Of a DNA stretch of 64,000 nt, positions 62,245-64,000 are shown in pieces (positions within the stretch are counted from its first letter, which is position 1; every line of letters begins with the position of its first letter). Below the pieces are notes generated by a model, which made no database searches, had not been told where the DNA came from, and saw only the letters and a program-made list of their open reading frames with translations. This DNA is from Felis catus. Taxonomy: Eukaryota. Made by a program: the position numbers and the translations under genes. The DNA is taken from positions 3,908,001 through 3,972,000 of the forward strand of contig NC_058369.1 in NCBI RefSeq assembly GCF_018350175.1, given 5' to 3'.

Positions 62245-63262
62245 TGGATGGATAAAAATGGACGGACGGACGGATGGATGGTGGATGGATAGATGGATAA
62301 ATGGATTGGTAGAGAGGTAGTTGGATGGATGGATGGATAGATGGGTGAGTGGGTGGGTAGAGTGGTAGTTGGATGGATAGGTGAGTGGGTGGGTCAGTGG
62401 ATGGATGAGTGGATGGGTAGAGGAATTGGATAGATGGGTGGGTGGATGGATGGATGGATGAGTGATGATGGATAGAGAAGTAGTTGGATGGATAGGTGGG
62501 TAGTTGGATGGATGGATGGAAGGATGGATGGATAGATAGATGGGTGGATGAGTAGAGGGCTAGTGGGATGGATGAGTAGGTGGGTGGATGGATGGATGAG
62601 TAGAGGGGTAGTGGGATGGATGGATGGGTGGATGGGTGGGTGAGTGGTTGGATAGGGGATGGATGGGTGGGTAGGTGGGTGAGTGGTTGGATGGGGGATG
62701 GGTGGGTGGGTGAGTGGTTGGATGGGGGATGGATGGGTGGGTGAGTGGTTGGATGGGGATGATGGATGGATGGGTGGGTCGGTGGGTGGGTGGATGGATG
62801 GGTGGGTGAGTGGGTGGATGTGTGCATGAGTAGAGGGGTAGTGGGATGGATGGATGGGTGAATGGATGGATGGATGGATGGATGGATGGATGGATGGGTC
62901 AGTGGGTGAATCGGTGGGTGGATGGATGGATGGGTGGGTGGGTGGGTGAGTGGTTGGATGGGGGATGGGTGGGTGGGTGAGTGGTTGGATGGGGATGATG
63001 GATGGATGGGTGGGTTGATGGGTGGGTGGATAGAAGGACAGATGCATAGATAGATGGGTGGATGAGTAGAGGGGTAGTGGGATGGATGGGTGGGTGGGTG
63101 GATGGATGGATAGGATGGATAAGTGATGGATAGAGAAGTCATTGGATGGATGGGTGGGTTAATGGATGAGCAGATGGACAGAGAGGTAGTTTGATGCATA
63201 GGTGGATGGATAGATGGATGACTGGATGGATAGAGAGGTAGTTGGATGGACGGGTGGGTGGA
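62245..63262. repeat. ~1 kb complex (GGAT/GGGT)n simple repeat
   Basis: Nearly C-free plus strand made of ggat, gggt and gagt units. Confidence 0.97.
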
Positions 63263-64000
63263 CAGACAGCACTCCTAACTATAACGACAATAGCCAAGGG
63301 TAGTACATACCATTACCACATAGTATGTTCTGAGCACATGACCTCACCAAACCTCAGACTGATGCTTTCACTCCAGAGTTGGGGCATCTGAGGGTCAAGA
63401 GTCCTTCCTGCTGCTGTCCTGAGTCTGCCCTTGTCAAGGTGATCTCCCAGTGTCCAAACCCAGCAGTCGCCTCTCAGCCCCGTCCCACACTGACTCCCAG
63501 CAGCATCTCACCTCGCCAGTCCGTCCTCCTGGGAACTCTGTCCTCACTGGGCCCCTGGAGCCTGCCCCCACCTGGCTTCCTCCTGTCGTCTCTGATGGAC
63601 CCCAGCTTCTCACCTTTTCTGCTCAGTTTCTAAACCCAGGACGGCCCTTGGACATCTCTCTCTCTCCCCGGCCCCCCCACCCAGCCCCATGGGTTCAAAT
63701 ACCTTCTTCCATCATGGAACACCAGATTTACGTCTTCAGAGGGCATCTCTCCCCCCAGCTCCAGACTCTAATTTCCAGCTGGCCCACTGATATCCTCCCG
63801 TGGGCCCCCACAACACGCCGAAGTCAAATCTCAACTCCGACCGCCCCCACCGGCTCGCCCCTCCCCCAGCCGCCCCATCTTGGCTGACGCCCATTCCACC
63901 CCGCCAGGTGTCCGGGGCAGACACTCTGGCATCGTCCCCAGCTCCCCTCATTTCCCCACACCCCGCAACCAGTTCCTTAGAGAATTCCACGGACGCTACC

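Noticed and set aside
61910..63199. 429-aa His/Pro/Ser-rich ORF and overlapping 217-aa ORF
   Set aside because: These are translations of the (ATCC)n repeat, which lacks stops by composition.

Overview
This is mammalian genomic DNA, very GC- and CpG-rich. Felid-type tRNA-derived Can-SINEs point to a cat or related feliform, in the region orthologous to human 19p13.3. The window holds the 5' end of PTPRS (receptor tyrosine phosphatase sigma) on the minus strand. A CpG-island promoter and non-coding exon 1 lie at ~44 kb, followed by a ~34.8 kb intron 1 with a second CpG island and candidate alternative first exon at ~15.3 kb. Coding exons 2-4 (9014-9104, 2505-2650, 1897-2038) encode the signal peptide and Ig1 domain, and the gene continues beyond position 1. 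Bases ~44.6-64 kb appear intergenic: SINEs, decayed L1/L2/MIR and a ~1 kb (GGAT)n-type repeat. Almost all ORFs in the supplied track are chance ORFs of GC-rich DNA. I find no new protein-coding system. The best leads are regulatory: (1) a repeated L2-derived element carrying a CTCF consensus core in 6 copies; (2) a uORF split across the 34.8 kb intron plus an AUG-UGA element, both absent from the candidate alternative leader; (3) an identical inverted 13-bp CRE pair bracketing exon 1; (4) signs of GC-biased gene conversion. Repeat family names and human comparisons come from memory, not from a database search.
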